Position numbers and translations under genes: made by a program
The notes under the pieces: generated by a model
Databases searched by the model: none
Told to the model about the DNA's origin: nothing
The model's input: the letters and a program-made list of their open reading frames with translations, nothing else
DNA from: Coleofasciculus chthonoplastes F2-STO-03
Lineage (GTDB): Bacteria > Cyanobacteriota > Cyanobacteriia > Cyanobacteriales > Coleofasciculaceae
DNA length: 32,297 nucleotides
Assembly: GCA_040222015.1 (NCBI GenBank)
Contig: JAVJWO010000138.1
Span: forward strand, 1 to 32,297
Direction: 5' to 3'
Shown here: piece after piece, positions 1 through 8,122 of the stretch
Layout: each line of letters opens with the position of its first letter
Position numbering within the stretch: position 1 is the stretch's first letter

Positions 1-132
1 ACCCTTCCCCCCCTGCTCCCCCTTCGCCCCCAGCTCCCCCTGCGCCCCCAGCTCCCCCTGCGTCCCCCGCTCCCCCTGCTTCCCCTGCTCCCCCTGCTCC
101 CCCTGCTTCCCCTGCTTCCCCTGCTTCCCCAG
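1..132. repeat. Imperfect ~9-nt short tandem repeat tract (CCCCTGCTC/CCCCTGCTT/CCCCAGCTC), cyanobacterial STRR type
   Basis: Tandem CCCCTGCT-like units directly visible; a shorter copy occurs at ~7515-7549. Confidence 0.9.
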
Positions 133-135
133 CGA

Positions 136-161
136 AAAGACGTAGCATGCTACGTCTCTAC
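136..161. repeat. REP-like palindrome, (GTAG)AGACGT-N-ACGTCT(CTAC) family
   Basis: Perfect 20-bp palindrome AGACGTAGCATGCTACGTCT (138-157) ending CTAC; related copies at 11437, 16768, 18338. Confidence 0.8.
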
Positions 162-181
162 ACGGCTCCCTAGCCACCACC

Positions 182-2023
182 CTACTGAGTTTGCTGAATG
201 TAGACTAAAATACCCTGTGCGATCGCCTGGGCGATTTGGCGGCGAAATTCAGGTGTGGCAAGTCTTGGCGCATCCTCAGCCCCGGTGACAAACCCCACTT
301 CCACTAACGCAGAAGGCATAGAGGTGCGTCGAATGACATAAAATCTGCCTTGTTTCACGCCGCGATTCCGCATTCCGGTACTCTGTAATAGACTATTTTG
401 AATCGCTTCAGCTAATCCTCGTCCATTGCTATAGTAATAGGTTTCCACGCCATTCACATCGGGACGACTCATGCTAATCGCATTCGCATGGATACTGATA
501 AATAGGTCAACATTCGTTTGTTGTGCCAGTTGAACTCGTCCTCTCAGGCTAATAAATCGGTCATCCGATCGCGTTAATATCGTTTGCACACCCTGCTGTT
601 CTAAAAGTTCTGCAACTTGGAGAGAAATGGGCAAAATTACGTTCTTCTCCTGCAAGCCACCAATCCCCACAGCGCCGGGATCTTTGCCCCCATGTCCCGG
701 ATCAAGCATCACCACGACACGAGTATTCCGAACGCCAGGAAAGACAGTTGGAGGCGGTGAACTCTCTGGCGGTAATCGTTCCGGTGGCGGTACGGGAAGC
801 GAACCTGTTGGCGGTAACGAGACTCTCCTCTGTCGCAGGGATAGGGCTAACAATTGTTCACTGGGTTGATTGAGTTCGCCAATCTGGGTATTTCGATCCG
901 GTTGCACCACAATCACTACAGTACGCGAATCAGGCTGGCGTAGTCTTACCTGAGATAACGGACTATTTACGCCTAACTGAGGTCCTTGAATTTGGTCAGC
1001 CAGTTGAGCATCTGGGATGGTAATTTGGAACTGATTGGCGTTAGCATTCCAGTTTCCCCGCGCCCGAATCCGTCGATCCGCCCGGATTAATAATTGAGTC
1101 CCATTTTGGGCGATTTCCACCGATTCAATCGTGGCGAGACTTGTAGTCGCCGTGGGTTCTCTATCGGATCGTCGCGGCGATAAGTCCTCAAGCTGGGACG
1201 CCGAAATTCCCCTGGGTAATAATACCAAACCACCAACAGAACTATAATTCATCTGCCAGTCGGGACTCTCGCGATTCACGTTTAAGGTGATGCGAGTTGG
1301 GGATGAGGAACCCGACGGTTGGAACAATTGAATTTGGTTGACCCCATAGCGATTCACCGACACTGTTTGATTGAGTAAGTCTGGGGGTAGTGTAATTCCT
1401 TCTACATCAAACTCAATGGTTTCGCGATCGCGACTCCGTTGCACCTGAATCTCTTTGGCTTCCCCTTCATTGGTGCGAATGAAAAACCCATCCCGTGTCA
1501 CCTGAATCGGATCAAGTTGCACAGTTGACTCCCTTGTCTCAGGAGAGGATTCTGGTGGCGTGGGACGAGGTGGGGTTTGGGGGGGAGGAGTTATTGGCGG
1601 TAGGGGACGAGGTGCAGGTGTGGTGGTCCGCTGGGGAGTGGGAATTTGCACAAACCACTGTCTCGGTGACGCCCCACGAAACTGAATCTGTTGCGGGTCT
1701 ATAGTATAACCCGGTGCAATTTCTACCACAATCCGCGTCGTCTGGCGGTCAAACTGTCCCACCCGAATTTCCCGAATTCCTCCTCCCACCGACTGGCTGA
1801 CGCTGGGGCGTCCCAATGTCGTACCGGGTAAATCAATCACCAGGCGCAGGGGATTGGGAATCAGTTGGGCTTTGGGTTGAACACTACCGTCTGTGGTAAA
1901 TTCCAGTTGATTTTGACTCGCATCAAATCGCCACAGCAGAAGTCTACCAGCTTGTGCAGGTAATGAAACCAGAACCGTACTCCAGAAGCTAAGAAGTAGC
2001 AGTAGCCACTGAATTTTCCTCAT
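182..2023 (-). CDS. amiC: N-acetylmuramoyl-L-alanine amidase with AMIN domains (AmiC-type)
   Basis: Signal peptide; AMIN motifs (NPLRLVIDLPG, IRVGQFD..TTRIVVE); Pro-rich linkers; Amidase_3 motifs LDPGHGGKDPGA, E-K, SIHANA, LVEVGF. Confidence 0.92.
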   Translation of the reverse strand: MRKIQWLLLLLSFWSTVLVSLPAQAGRLLLWRFDASQNQLEFTTDGSVQPKAQLIPNPLRLVIDLPGTTLGRPSVSQSVGGGIREIRVGQFDRQTTRIVVEIAPGYTIDPQQIQFRGASPRQWFVQIPTPQRTTTPAPRPLPPITPPPQTPPRPTPPESSPETRESTVQLDPIQVTRDGFFIRTNEGEAKEIQVQRSRDRETIEFDVEGITLPPDLLNQTVSVNRYGVNQIQLFQPSGSSSPTRITLNVNRESPDWQMNYSSVGGLVLLPRGISASQLEDLSPRRSDREPTATTSLATIESVEIAQNGTQLLIRADRRIRARGNWNANANQFQITIPDAQLADQIQGPQLGVNSPLSQVRLRQPDSRTVVIVVQPDRNTQIGELNQPSEQLLALSLRQRRVSLPPTGSLPVPPPERLPPESSPPPTVFPGVRNTRVVVMLDPGHGGKDPGAVGIGGLQEKNVILPISLQVAELLEQQGVQTILTRSDDRFISLRGRVQLAQQTNVDLFISIHANAISMSRPDVNGVETYYYSNGRGLAEAIQNSLLQSTGMRNRGVKQGRFYVIRRTSMPSALVEVGFVTGAEDAPRLATPEFRRQIAQAIAQGILVYIQQTQ

Positions 2024-2047
2024 TCCCCTACCCTCACGATTAATCGT

Positions 2048-3082
2048 CTAACTGCCAATTGCTTGCTCAATTTCAGCCTGGTCTAGTTTACGTCCAATTA
2101 ACACTAACCGAGTTTGGCGAGATTCGCCGTTGTGCCACAGTCGATCATAGAATGAATCGAAGCGATTGCCGACTCCCTGCAAGACTAGCCGCATGGGTTT
2201 ATTGGGTACAGACACAAAGCCTTTGATCCGGTAAATCTCCTGCTGTTGCACCAGTTGTTGCAGTTTGGCGATTAGGGTTTTGGGTTCAAAGGCTTGATCA
2301 GAAATAAATTGGACGGAATTAATCTCGTCATCATGGTCGTGGTCGTCCTCGGTATCATGATGACTGGGACGGCTGTCTAAATTATCCTCGACGGCGGCGT
2401 TGAACCCGAGTAAGAGTTCAGGCTGAATCTGTCCCTGATCACAAGGGATAATTTTGACACCTGTGGGTAATTGATCCTGTAACCAGTTTTTGATCCTCCT
2501 CAGTGTCGCCTCATCGACTAAATCTACCTTGGTGAGTAAGACTAAATCCGCACAAGCCAATTGATCTTCAAAGAGTTCCTCTATCGGGGTTTCATGGTCT
2601 AAATTCGGGTCAGCTTGGCGTTGGGCTTCTAAGGCGTTAAGGTCACTCACCAAGGTTCCTGCGGCTAAAGCCTGACAATCGACCACGGTGATTACCCCAT
2701 CAACAGTTGCACCGTTGCGAATGGGAGTCCAACGGAAGGCTTGAACTAAGGGTTTGGGTAACGCTAATCCAGAGGTTTCAATTAGCATACAATCGATGCG
2801 ATCGCGCCGTTGCAAGAGTTGCTGCATGGTGGGGTAGAATTCTTCCTGAACGGTGCAGCACAAGCAACCATTGGTCAGTTCGACAATATTATCGTTGGGA
2901 TTGTCCTCCTCATCACAAATTTGACAGGAACGCAATAACTCGCCATCAATACCCACTTCGCCAAACTCATTCACCAGAACGGCTATTTTACGTCCTTGGT
3001 TATTTTGGAGTAAATGGCGCATCAAAGTGGTTTTACCAGAACCGAGAAAGCCAGTAATTACAGTTACGGGAATTTTATGCAT
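2048..3082 (-). CDS. cobW: Cobalamin biosynthesis GTPase/metallochaperone CobW (COG0523)
   Basis: GFLGSGKTT Walker A, NEFGEVGIDG, GCLCCTV motif, ETSGLA, His/Asp stretch HHDTEDDHDHDD, C-terminal RIKG; downstream of a B12 riboswitch. Confidence 0.93.
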   Translation of the reverse strand: MHKIPVTVITGFLGSGKTTLMRHLLQNNQGRKIAVLVNEFGEVGIDGELLRSCQICDEEDNPNDNIVELTNGCLCCTVQEEFYPTMQQLLQRRDRIDCMLIETSGLALPKPLVQAFRWTPIRNGATVDGVITVVDCQALAAGTLVSDLNALEAQRQADPNLDHETPIEELFEDQLACADLVLLTKVDLVDEATLRRIKNWLQDQLPTGVKIIPCDQGQIQPELLLGFNAAVEDNLDSRPSHHDTEDDHDHDDEINSVQFISDQAFEPKTLIAKLQQLVQQQEIYRIKGFVSVPNKPMRLVLQGVGNRFDSFYDRLWHNGESRQTRLVLIGRKLDQAEIEQAIGS

Positions 3083-3094
3083 GATGATTTAACC

Positions 3095-3487
3095 TCAGGA
3101 TAGGGGTGGAATTCGTGCTAATATGCCTTTTTTTAATGGTTCAGGTCGTTTTGACCAAGGCAATAAACCATCGGGTTGGCTATGGTACAGACTGGCACAG
3201 TCTAAGATAGCCGCTGCTGTTTTGGGTAAGGTTTCTACATCCATGGGTAAATCCCCAAACAGATAAGTATGTTTAGAGGGTGCAGCTAAAGAAACCGCAC
3301 AAGGGCGACTACAAGCACTCATACACTCAACAGGTTGAAGTTTAAATTCATCCCGGAGTGACCAATTTTGGTGGAGTTTCTGCAAGGGTTCTAGCAGTTT
3401 TTCGCCACCACTTTGACCAATACGCTTGCCATCTTGCCAAGTGCTGGCGCAGGTTGTACAAACAAATAGGGTATGTTGATGAGTCAT
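3095..3487 (-). CDS. DUF1636 family Cys-rich putative metal-binding protein
   Basis: LFVCTTC, VECMSACSRPC, TYLFGDL, C-terminal ARIPP; family typically found with cob genes. Confidence 0.85.
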   Translation of the reverse strand: MTHQHTLFVCTTCASTWQDGKRIGQSGGEKLLEPLQKLHQNWSLRDEFKLQPVECMSACSRPCAVSLAAPSKHTYLFGDLPMDVETLPKTAAAILDCASLYHSQPDGLLPWSKRPEPLKKGILARIPPLS

Positions 3488-3646
3488 TATGTTTAATTAC
3501 AGAATTGTTCTGGGGTCATGAAGCGCTAAAACCGTATCATTTCTAGGGATTGTAGGATGGTTGTGTTGCTTGCCAACCGTTTCTAAAGACAGTTTACTAT
3601 CTGCTATTTCAACTCAATAGCAGCATTCTGAAACTAGAGAGAATGG

Positions 3647-3736
3647 CTAGTACCGCTAGGCAGAATTTAATAGTCAAACGTTATCAGGAGTTTGGCGAGT
3701 TTGAATAGTTGGTGAACCTGTGCCTGTCTGGATTAG
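3647..3736. mobile_element. Possible ~90-bp MITE-like insertion with imperfect terminal inverted repeats
   Basis: Left end CTAGTACCGCTAGGCAGA versus reverse complement of right end CTAATCCAGACAGGCACA; single copy in window. Confidence 0.35.
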
Positions 3737-3854
3737 TAATGTTTGCCTAGACGGATACCGCAATTTCTCTAAGATTTGCTTTAATGGTCTAAATTTTAGC
3801 AATAATGTTTGAACTCCCATCCGTACCTCGCAGATGAATCATCGAAAAGTTATC

Positions 3855-3985
3855 TGTCGGTGGGCATTCTGACTTAGAAACAAGGACTCATTTCATTACA
3901 GTTGCGGGACAGCGCCGGATTTACACCGAACTTTCCCCGTTACCTCTAATGGCTGCTCCCCATTAGAACCGACCGAGATTAATAC
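3855..3985 (-). promoter_or_regulatory. Cobalamin (B12) riboswitch
   Basis: Minus strand reads GGTTCTAATGGGG..CCATTAGAGGTAACGGGGAAAGTTCGGTGTAAATCCGGCGCTGTCCCGCAACTGTAA...AAGTCAGAATGCCCACCGA, with the conserved GGGAA, CCCGCAACTGT and B12-box elements; upstream of DUF1636-cobW. Confidence 0.95.
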
Positions 3986-4154
3986 TTTACCATGTCGGTT
4001 CGGCAAGGACTACCTTTTTTCACCCAAGGGCGTCATTTCCTGCTGACCCCAAAACCTGTGCCAAAACGATAAGCTGGTTTTATAGGGATGATTAGCTCAA
4101 TCTATCAAACTAGGCATAATCACCCAATGTCGTGGGATTTTCACAGGGGAGAAC

Positions 4155-4628
4155 ATGATTAAATCCTGGATGGTAATTGGGACTGTAACCTTGCTAGTAG
4201 CGTTTGCGGGTAACTGGTTAACGTCCGATGATGTCCGATGGTTCAACCGCCTGCGCCGTCCCCGATGGTTAACGTTTGAGGCGGCGATTCCTTTTATCTG
4301 GACGGTGATTTTTATTTGTGGGGGATGGTCAGCTTATGTGGTATGGGAACGTAATCCTGGGAGTTCTCAAACGTGGCAGATTTTGGGGTTATATTTGCTA
4401 TTGGAAATAGTAACAATTGCCTATACGCCAGTCATGTGCCGACTTCGCAGTCTCAAGGTGGGTACGATGATTGGGGGGACGGGGGCTATATTGAGTATTA
4501 TTTTGGCACTTTTAGTTTATCCTATCTCAGTTTGGGCATCCGTTTTGCTGTTGCCTTATATTATTTGGAGTCCGATTGGAACCTACACGACTTGGGCGAT
4601 GATTCGACTGAATCCGGAAGCGGAATAG
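4155..4628 (+). CDS. tspO: TspO/MBR family tryptophan-rich sensory membrane protein
   Basis: WFNRLRRPRWL, IPFIWTVIF, LLLPYIIW..YTTWAMIRLN; 5 hydrophobic segments; GGGGAG RBS. Confidence 0.88.
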   Translation: MIKSWMVIGTVTLLVAFAGNWLTSDDVRWFNRLRRPRWLTFEAAIPFIWTVIFICGGWSAYVVWERNPGSSQTWQILGLYLLLEIVTIAYTPVMCRLRSLKVGTMIGGTGAILSIILALLVYPISVWASVLLLPYIIWSPIGTYTTWAMIRLNPEAE

Positions 4629-4679
4629 GTATGATCACTCCCAGATTTGAGTGTATTAGCCCAACCGATAAAACATCAA

Positions 4680-4898
4680 TCAGAGGACGCCTTTTGTCGA
4701 TTGAGTAAAGGGCGACCCGACCCAATTTAAATGGATTAATATTGTTAATTAGATGAAACAGGTATCTGCCAACGCTTCTGTAACCAAGTCTGTGCGATCG
4801 CGTGCCGTGGCAAAGTTGGGTAAATTCTGAACAATGCGGGTTAGTCGGTTGATGAGGCAGTTTTGATTTTTTGGCTGGGGGAACTTCAGTTTAATGTC
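4680..4898 (-). pseudogene. Decayed fragment resembling an effector-associated (EAD8-like) N-terminal domain
   Basis: One frame reads ..INRLTRIVQNLPNFATARDRTDLVTEALADTCFI*LTILIHLNWVGSP..; internal TAA at 4749-4751 and no start codon. Confidence 0.45.
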
Positions 4899-4930
4899 CT
4901 AATCATGCAATCTATCTTTTCGTTTAGGTT

Positions 4931-5272
4931 TTAACGGCTAGGGCGTATCACACGAATTAATTTACCTGCCAAGGATTCTTCTGCTGTGATTGCTTCGTTG
5001 ATACGAGTTGCCATACGAGGTCGATTCGGATCATTTGTACAAACAATAATCCCTGAATGATCAGTATTAATTCTGTGTAATCGGATAAAATCCTGGCGAT
5101 TGAGGGTGATAACTATCCGATTATTGCTGATAGCAAATGCTAATACATCTTCATCAGGAATTCCTAGGTTAGCATTTCCAGCTTCCTGCACGGTCAAGAC
5201 ATCATGTCCCATTGTCCGAAGCCGTTCACTAACGTCCCGTGGAAACTGCTCATCAGCATACAAACGTGCCAT
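4931..5272 (-). CDS. DUF5615 family PIN-like toxin
   Basis: RLYADEQFP, GHDVLTV, DEDVLAFA, VITLNRQDF, HSGII; 3 bp downstream of DUF433 gene. Confidence 0.9.
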   Translation of the reverse strand: MARLYADEQFPRDVSERLRTMGHDVLTVQEAGNANLGIPDEDVLAFAISNNRIVITLNRQDFIRLHRINTDHSGIIVCTNDPNRPRMATRINEAITAEESLAGKLIRVIRPSR

Positions 5273-5275
5273 TGG

Positions 5276-5605
5276 CTAGACAACCTCATTATTGGCGCGA
5301 ATCGCTGCTGCAATTTCTTCGGGATGACCATCAGCATACGCCCAAGCATTGACCAGATCAGCTGCACTGATGTGAGGATAGTCTTGCAGGAGTTGGGCTT
5401 CACTGATGCCAAGCTGTTGGGCTTCAACTAATAACCAAACGGCAATTCGGGTTCCGGCAATACAGGCTTCTCCACCACAAATACCAGGAGTGTTGCTGAT
5501 TCCTTTGCCGCCCGTTCTCAGGGTTTTGGTCAGACTCTGAATGATGTCTGCTTTGTCAGCAGGGGATAGGCGAAGAAGCTGATGTTCCAGTTCCTGACGA
5601 GTCAT
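5276..5605 (-). CDS. DUF433 family antitoxin
   Basis: TPGICGGEACIAGTRIAVW..LLQDYPHISAADL..AWAYA; ATG at 5605 preferred over upstream TTG at 5626. Confidence 0.9.
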   Translation of the reverse strand: MTRQELEHQLLRLSPADKADIIQSLTKTLRTGGKGISNTPGICGGEACIAGTRIAVWLLVEAQQLGISEAQLLQDYPHISAADLVNAWAYADGHPEEIAAAIRANNEVV

Positions 5606-5732
5606 AGAGTACAGGGATAATTGCAAATTACTTTTATTGTAGCGATCGCGCTCTGGGGCATCGCGTCTGCACGGCTAGCCGTCTTGAGATTTTGTGCCTT
5701 GCTTGTTGGAGTATCTTCATAAATTGGGTAAT

Positions 5733-6104
5733 TTACCCAAACTCATAGCCTTGATTCACCCAGTAATGCCAATCTGCGATCGCCTGTTGGGTTTGTGCAT
5801 CTGACTCTGGTGCCTCTAGCTGAATCAACGGCACTGCTAGCGTATCATCATCCCAGGCAATCTCCACAAACATTTCCTGTTCGCACTCCTCCTCTGGTGC
5901 CATTCCCACCACTTCTACGGTTGCTTCTTCTTTCACCGGGGAAATGCGTCGCTTACTGATGCAGACTGCTGTGAAGGGAAACTGCATTGTATCCTGCAAG
6001 TAGTAGTACCAGCCCATTGCCTGCTCTTCTGGTCCATAAGCATCCACCACAATTTCCATTGTGATCCGCTCTTCTCGTTCTGCATCTCGTTCCATTTGCG
6101 CCAT
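5733..6104 (-). CDS. ccbP: CcbP-family calcium-binding protein
   Basis: Highly acidic; EERITMEIVVDAYGPEEQAMGWYYYL..FPF and QAIADWHYWV motifs; AAGGAAG RBS. Confidence 0.8.
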   Translation of the reverse strand: MAQMERDAEREERITMEIVVDAYGPEEQAMGWYYYLQDTMQFPFTAVCISKRRISPVKEEATVEVVGMAPEEECEQEMFVEIAWDDDTLAVPLIQLEAPESDAQTQQAIADWHYWVNQGYEFG

Positions 6105-6331
6105 CGCCTAACTTCCTTCGTTGCTGTATGGTACACCCAGATTAAAGGTTAACGCCCCTCTGCCAAGTCAGCATAAATAAACATCTCGACTCCCAACAGG
6201 ATTAAAAGTAGAAGCTCTACCCAGGACAAAATTGTCACACCTGTTGGGTCTGATAAAATTCTTCTAAATTTGTAGGTTTCTCGAACATTGCTATTGTTCA
6301 GTTATAATACTCCAATGATGATAGGTTATGT

Positions 6332-6820
6332 TTAGAAACGGCAAACACCTGGAGAAGTGATTGGGCAAGTTGGCTGTGCTATGGGATTGTCTCTAAGGAA
6401 AAGTCCAGTCAGATTAGTCAGTCCAGAGAAAGGACTTATATCTTTTATTTGGTTATTGTTGAGGTAAAGCTCAGTCAGATTGGTAAGCTCAGATAGGGAA
6501 CTGATATCTTTTATTTGGTTATCGTTGAGGTGAAGTTCAGTTAGATTTGTAAGTCCAGAGATAGGACTAATATCTGTTATTTCGTTCAATACCCAAAGTG
6601 CTTGTTTACCCGGTGCAATTTCGCCATAGTCCGCTAGCTTTTCCACCATCTCCGGGATGAACGTTGCAACAGCACCATTCCAAGTGATGCGTTGTAACAC
6701 CGATGCACCATTATCCAGCGCTAGGATTAGGATCGAGCGACGGCTGCGCTCATCTTCCATCAAGGGTTTGAGCAGTTCAACTAATTCATTGATCGTGTTC
6801 GAGTCTAATTTAACCGTCAA
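6332..6820 (-). CDS. EAD8-like N-terminal domain fused to ~3 internalin-type LRRs and a Cys cap; probably internally deleted
   Basis: LVELLKPLMEDERSRRSILILAL..ITWNGAVATFIPEMVEKLADYGEIAPGKQALW followed abruptly by 22-aa LRRs (LTNLTELxLxxNQIKDISxLSx) and PTCPITSPGVCRF; TTG start. Confidence 0.65.
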   Translation of the reverse strand: MTVKLDSNTINELVELLKPLMEDERSRRSILILALDNGASVLQRITWNGAVATFIPEMVEKLADYGEIAPGKQALWVLNEITDISPISGLTNLTELHLNDNQIKDISSLSELTNLTELYLNNNQIKDISPFSGLTNLTGLFLRDNPIAQPTCPITSPGVCRF

Positions 6821-6841
6821 TTCAAACTGTAAACTGTGCGT

Positions 6842-7420
6842 TTATTCGTCTATTTCCAAGACGATACCTTCATAAAGCAATTCAATCGGAAATTCAAATT
6901 CAATGCTGGATAGAGTGATAGTATCTCCCGCTTGATAAGGATAGTAAAGCCACATTCTTCCCTCTCCGCGAGAGTAACGTTCGACAGAGATTGTTTCCGA
7001 GTCAATCAAGATATACTCTTGCAAACTGGCAATTGTCAGATAGTAAGCGAATTTTTCCCCTCTATCCTTAGCACTTGTACCAGGCGAGAGAACTTCTACA
7101 ATAAGTTTAGGCTTTTGAATAAACTTGCGAGCGTTAAGGTCTTCAGGGTCGCAACTGACGATAACATCAGGATAGTAGTAAATGCTCTTCGGACTCACTT
7201 GCACCTTCACGTCTGAGACATTCACCCGACAACCTCTGGAACGTAGATGAGGACGTAAGGCTGTGTAAAGATTCAGAGCAATATCGTTATGAGGAATCGT
7301 ACCGCCTGTCATGGCAAAGACTTCACCCTTGACATATTCATAGCGAATCTCTTGCTGAGATTCCCATTCGAGATAGTCCTCAAAGCTCATTTTGGGCGAT
7401 TGTTGGGGAGTGGCTATCAT
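6842..7420 (-). CDS. Uma2 (DUF820) family PD-(D/E)xK endonuclease
   Basis: RYEYVKGEVFAMTGGT..HN, YYPDVIV, PKLIVEVLSPGT..DRGEKF..Y, LQEYILID. Confidence 0.93.
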   Translation of the reverse strand: MIATPQQSPKMSFEDYLEWESQQEIRYEYVKGEVFAMTGGTIPHNDIALNLYTALRPHLRSRGCRVNVSDVKVQVSPKSIYYYPDVIVSCDPEDLNARKFIQKPKLIVEVLSPGTSAKDRGEKFAYYLTIASLQEYILIDSETISVERYSRGEGRMWLYYPYQAGDTITLSSIEFEFPIELLYEGIVLEIDE

Positions 7421-7742
7421 AACCCAGATTGTTCAAGATTGCTTTGATTGTAGCAGTAGGGGTAGGATGACCCTAGTGCAAGAAAGCAGAAATAACTGAA
7501 CAGCTAATATCTCCCCCCGCTTCCCCTGCTCCCTCTGCTCCCCCTGCTTCATCGTATCTACGAAGCTGCTCAAGTATTTTTGCCGAGCTGCACTAGGCAA
7601 CCTCTCGCCCATTTCCTTGAAATCCTGCCATAAGTCCTCCAATTCTGACCGACGGCTGCTGCTTGACGCCTCCAGAATAACTGTTGCTACTCCTATAATG
7701 GTCAAAGACTAGCACGGGGAAATTTTGGACGAGGAAATTCTG

Positions 7743-8003
7743 ATGACGATTCGCGAAACCACCATTGCCAAATTGCAACAATTGCCGGAGCCACTCTTAC
7801 AGGAAGTCAGCGACTTTATTGACTTTTTGAGGTACAAGCAACAACACAGCACGGCTACAGATAAGCCTAACAGTGATGTGAAAAAAGCATGGCTACAATG
7901 GTTTGAGTCGGTCGATCACCTAGAGGTTTCTCCTCATCAACCAACCAGTAACTATCAACAACTTTTGCTGACTAAGTATCGAAAACAGGGAGTCATAACT
8001 TAA
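7743..8003 (+). CDS. DUF2281-like small protein (putative antitoxin)
   Basis: KLQQLPEPLLQEVSDFIDFL signature; GAGGA RBS upstream of ATG 7743. Confidence 0.7.
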   Translation: MTIRETTIAKLQQLPEPLLQEVSDFIDFLRYKQQHSTATDKPNSDVKKAWLQWFESVDHLEVSPHQPTSNYQQLLLTKYRKQGVIT

Positions 8004-8122
8004 CCAGATACGATTAATAATAAATGAAACAAAACCATCCTTTGAGTAAAATCCCTGTCAACACCCTCTCACCTCCCCACGCCAATCTCGCAAATAAATC
8101 CGTGAAATCAGTGTTTTGACAA

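Noticed and set aside
5640..6115. ccbP as an integron gene cassette (GTTAGGC immediately before its ATG)
   Set aside because: No convincing RYYYAAC or attC hairpin after the stop codon and no integrase; one 7-mer is insufficient (IntegronFinder would settle it)
6192..6248. 9-bp inverted repeat CCCAACAGG/CCTGTTGGG
   Set aside because: Single occurrence with no target duplication or U-tract; cannot be assigned
7433..7705. 90-aa minus-strand ORF
   Set aside because: C-terminal part (QGEQREQGKRG) is translated CCCCTGCT repeat; the N-terminal part may be a gene fragment but I cannot assign a family
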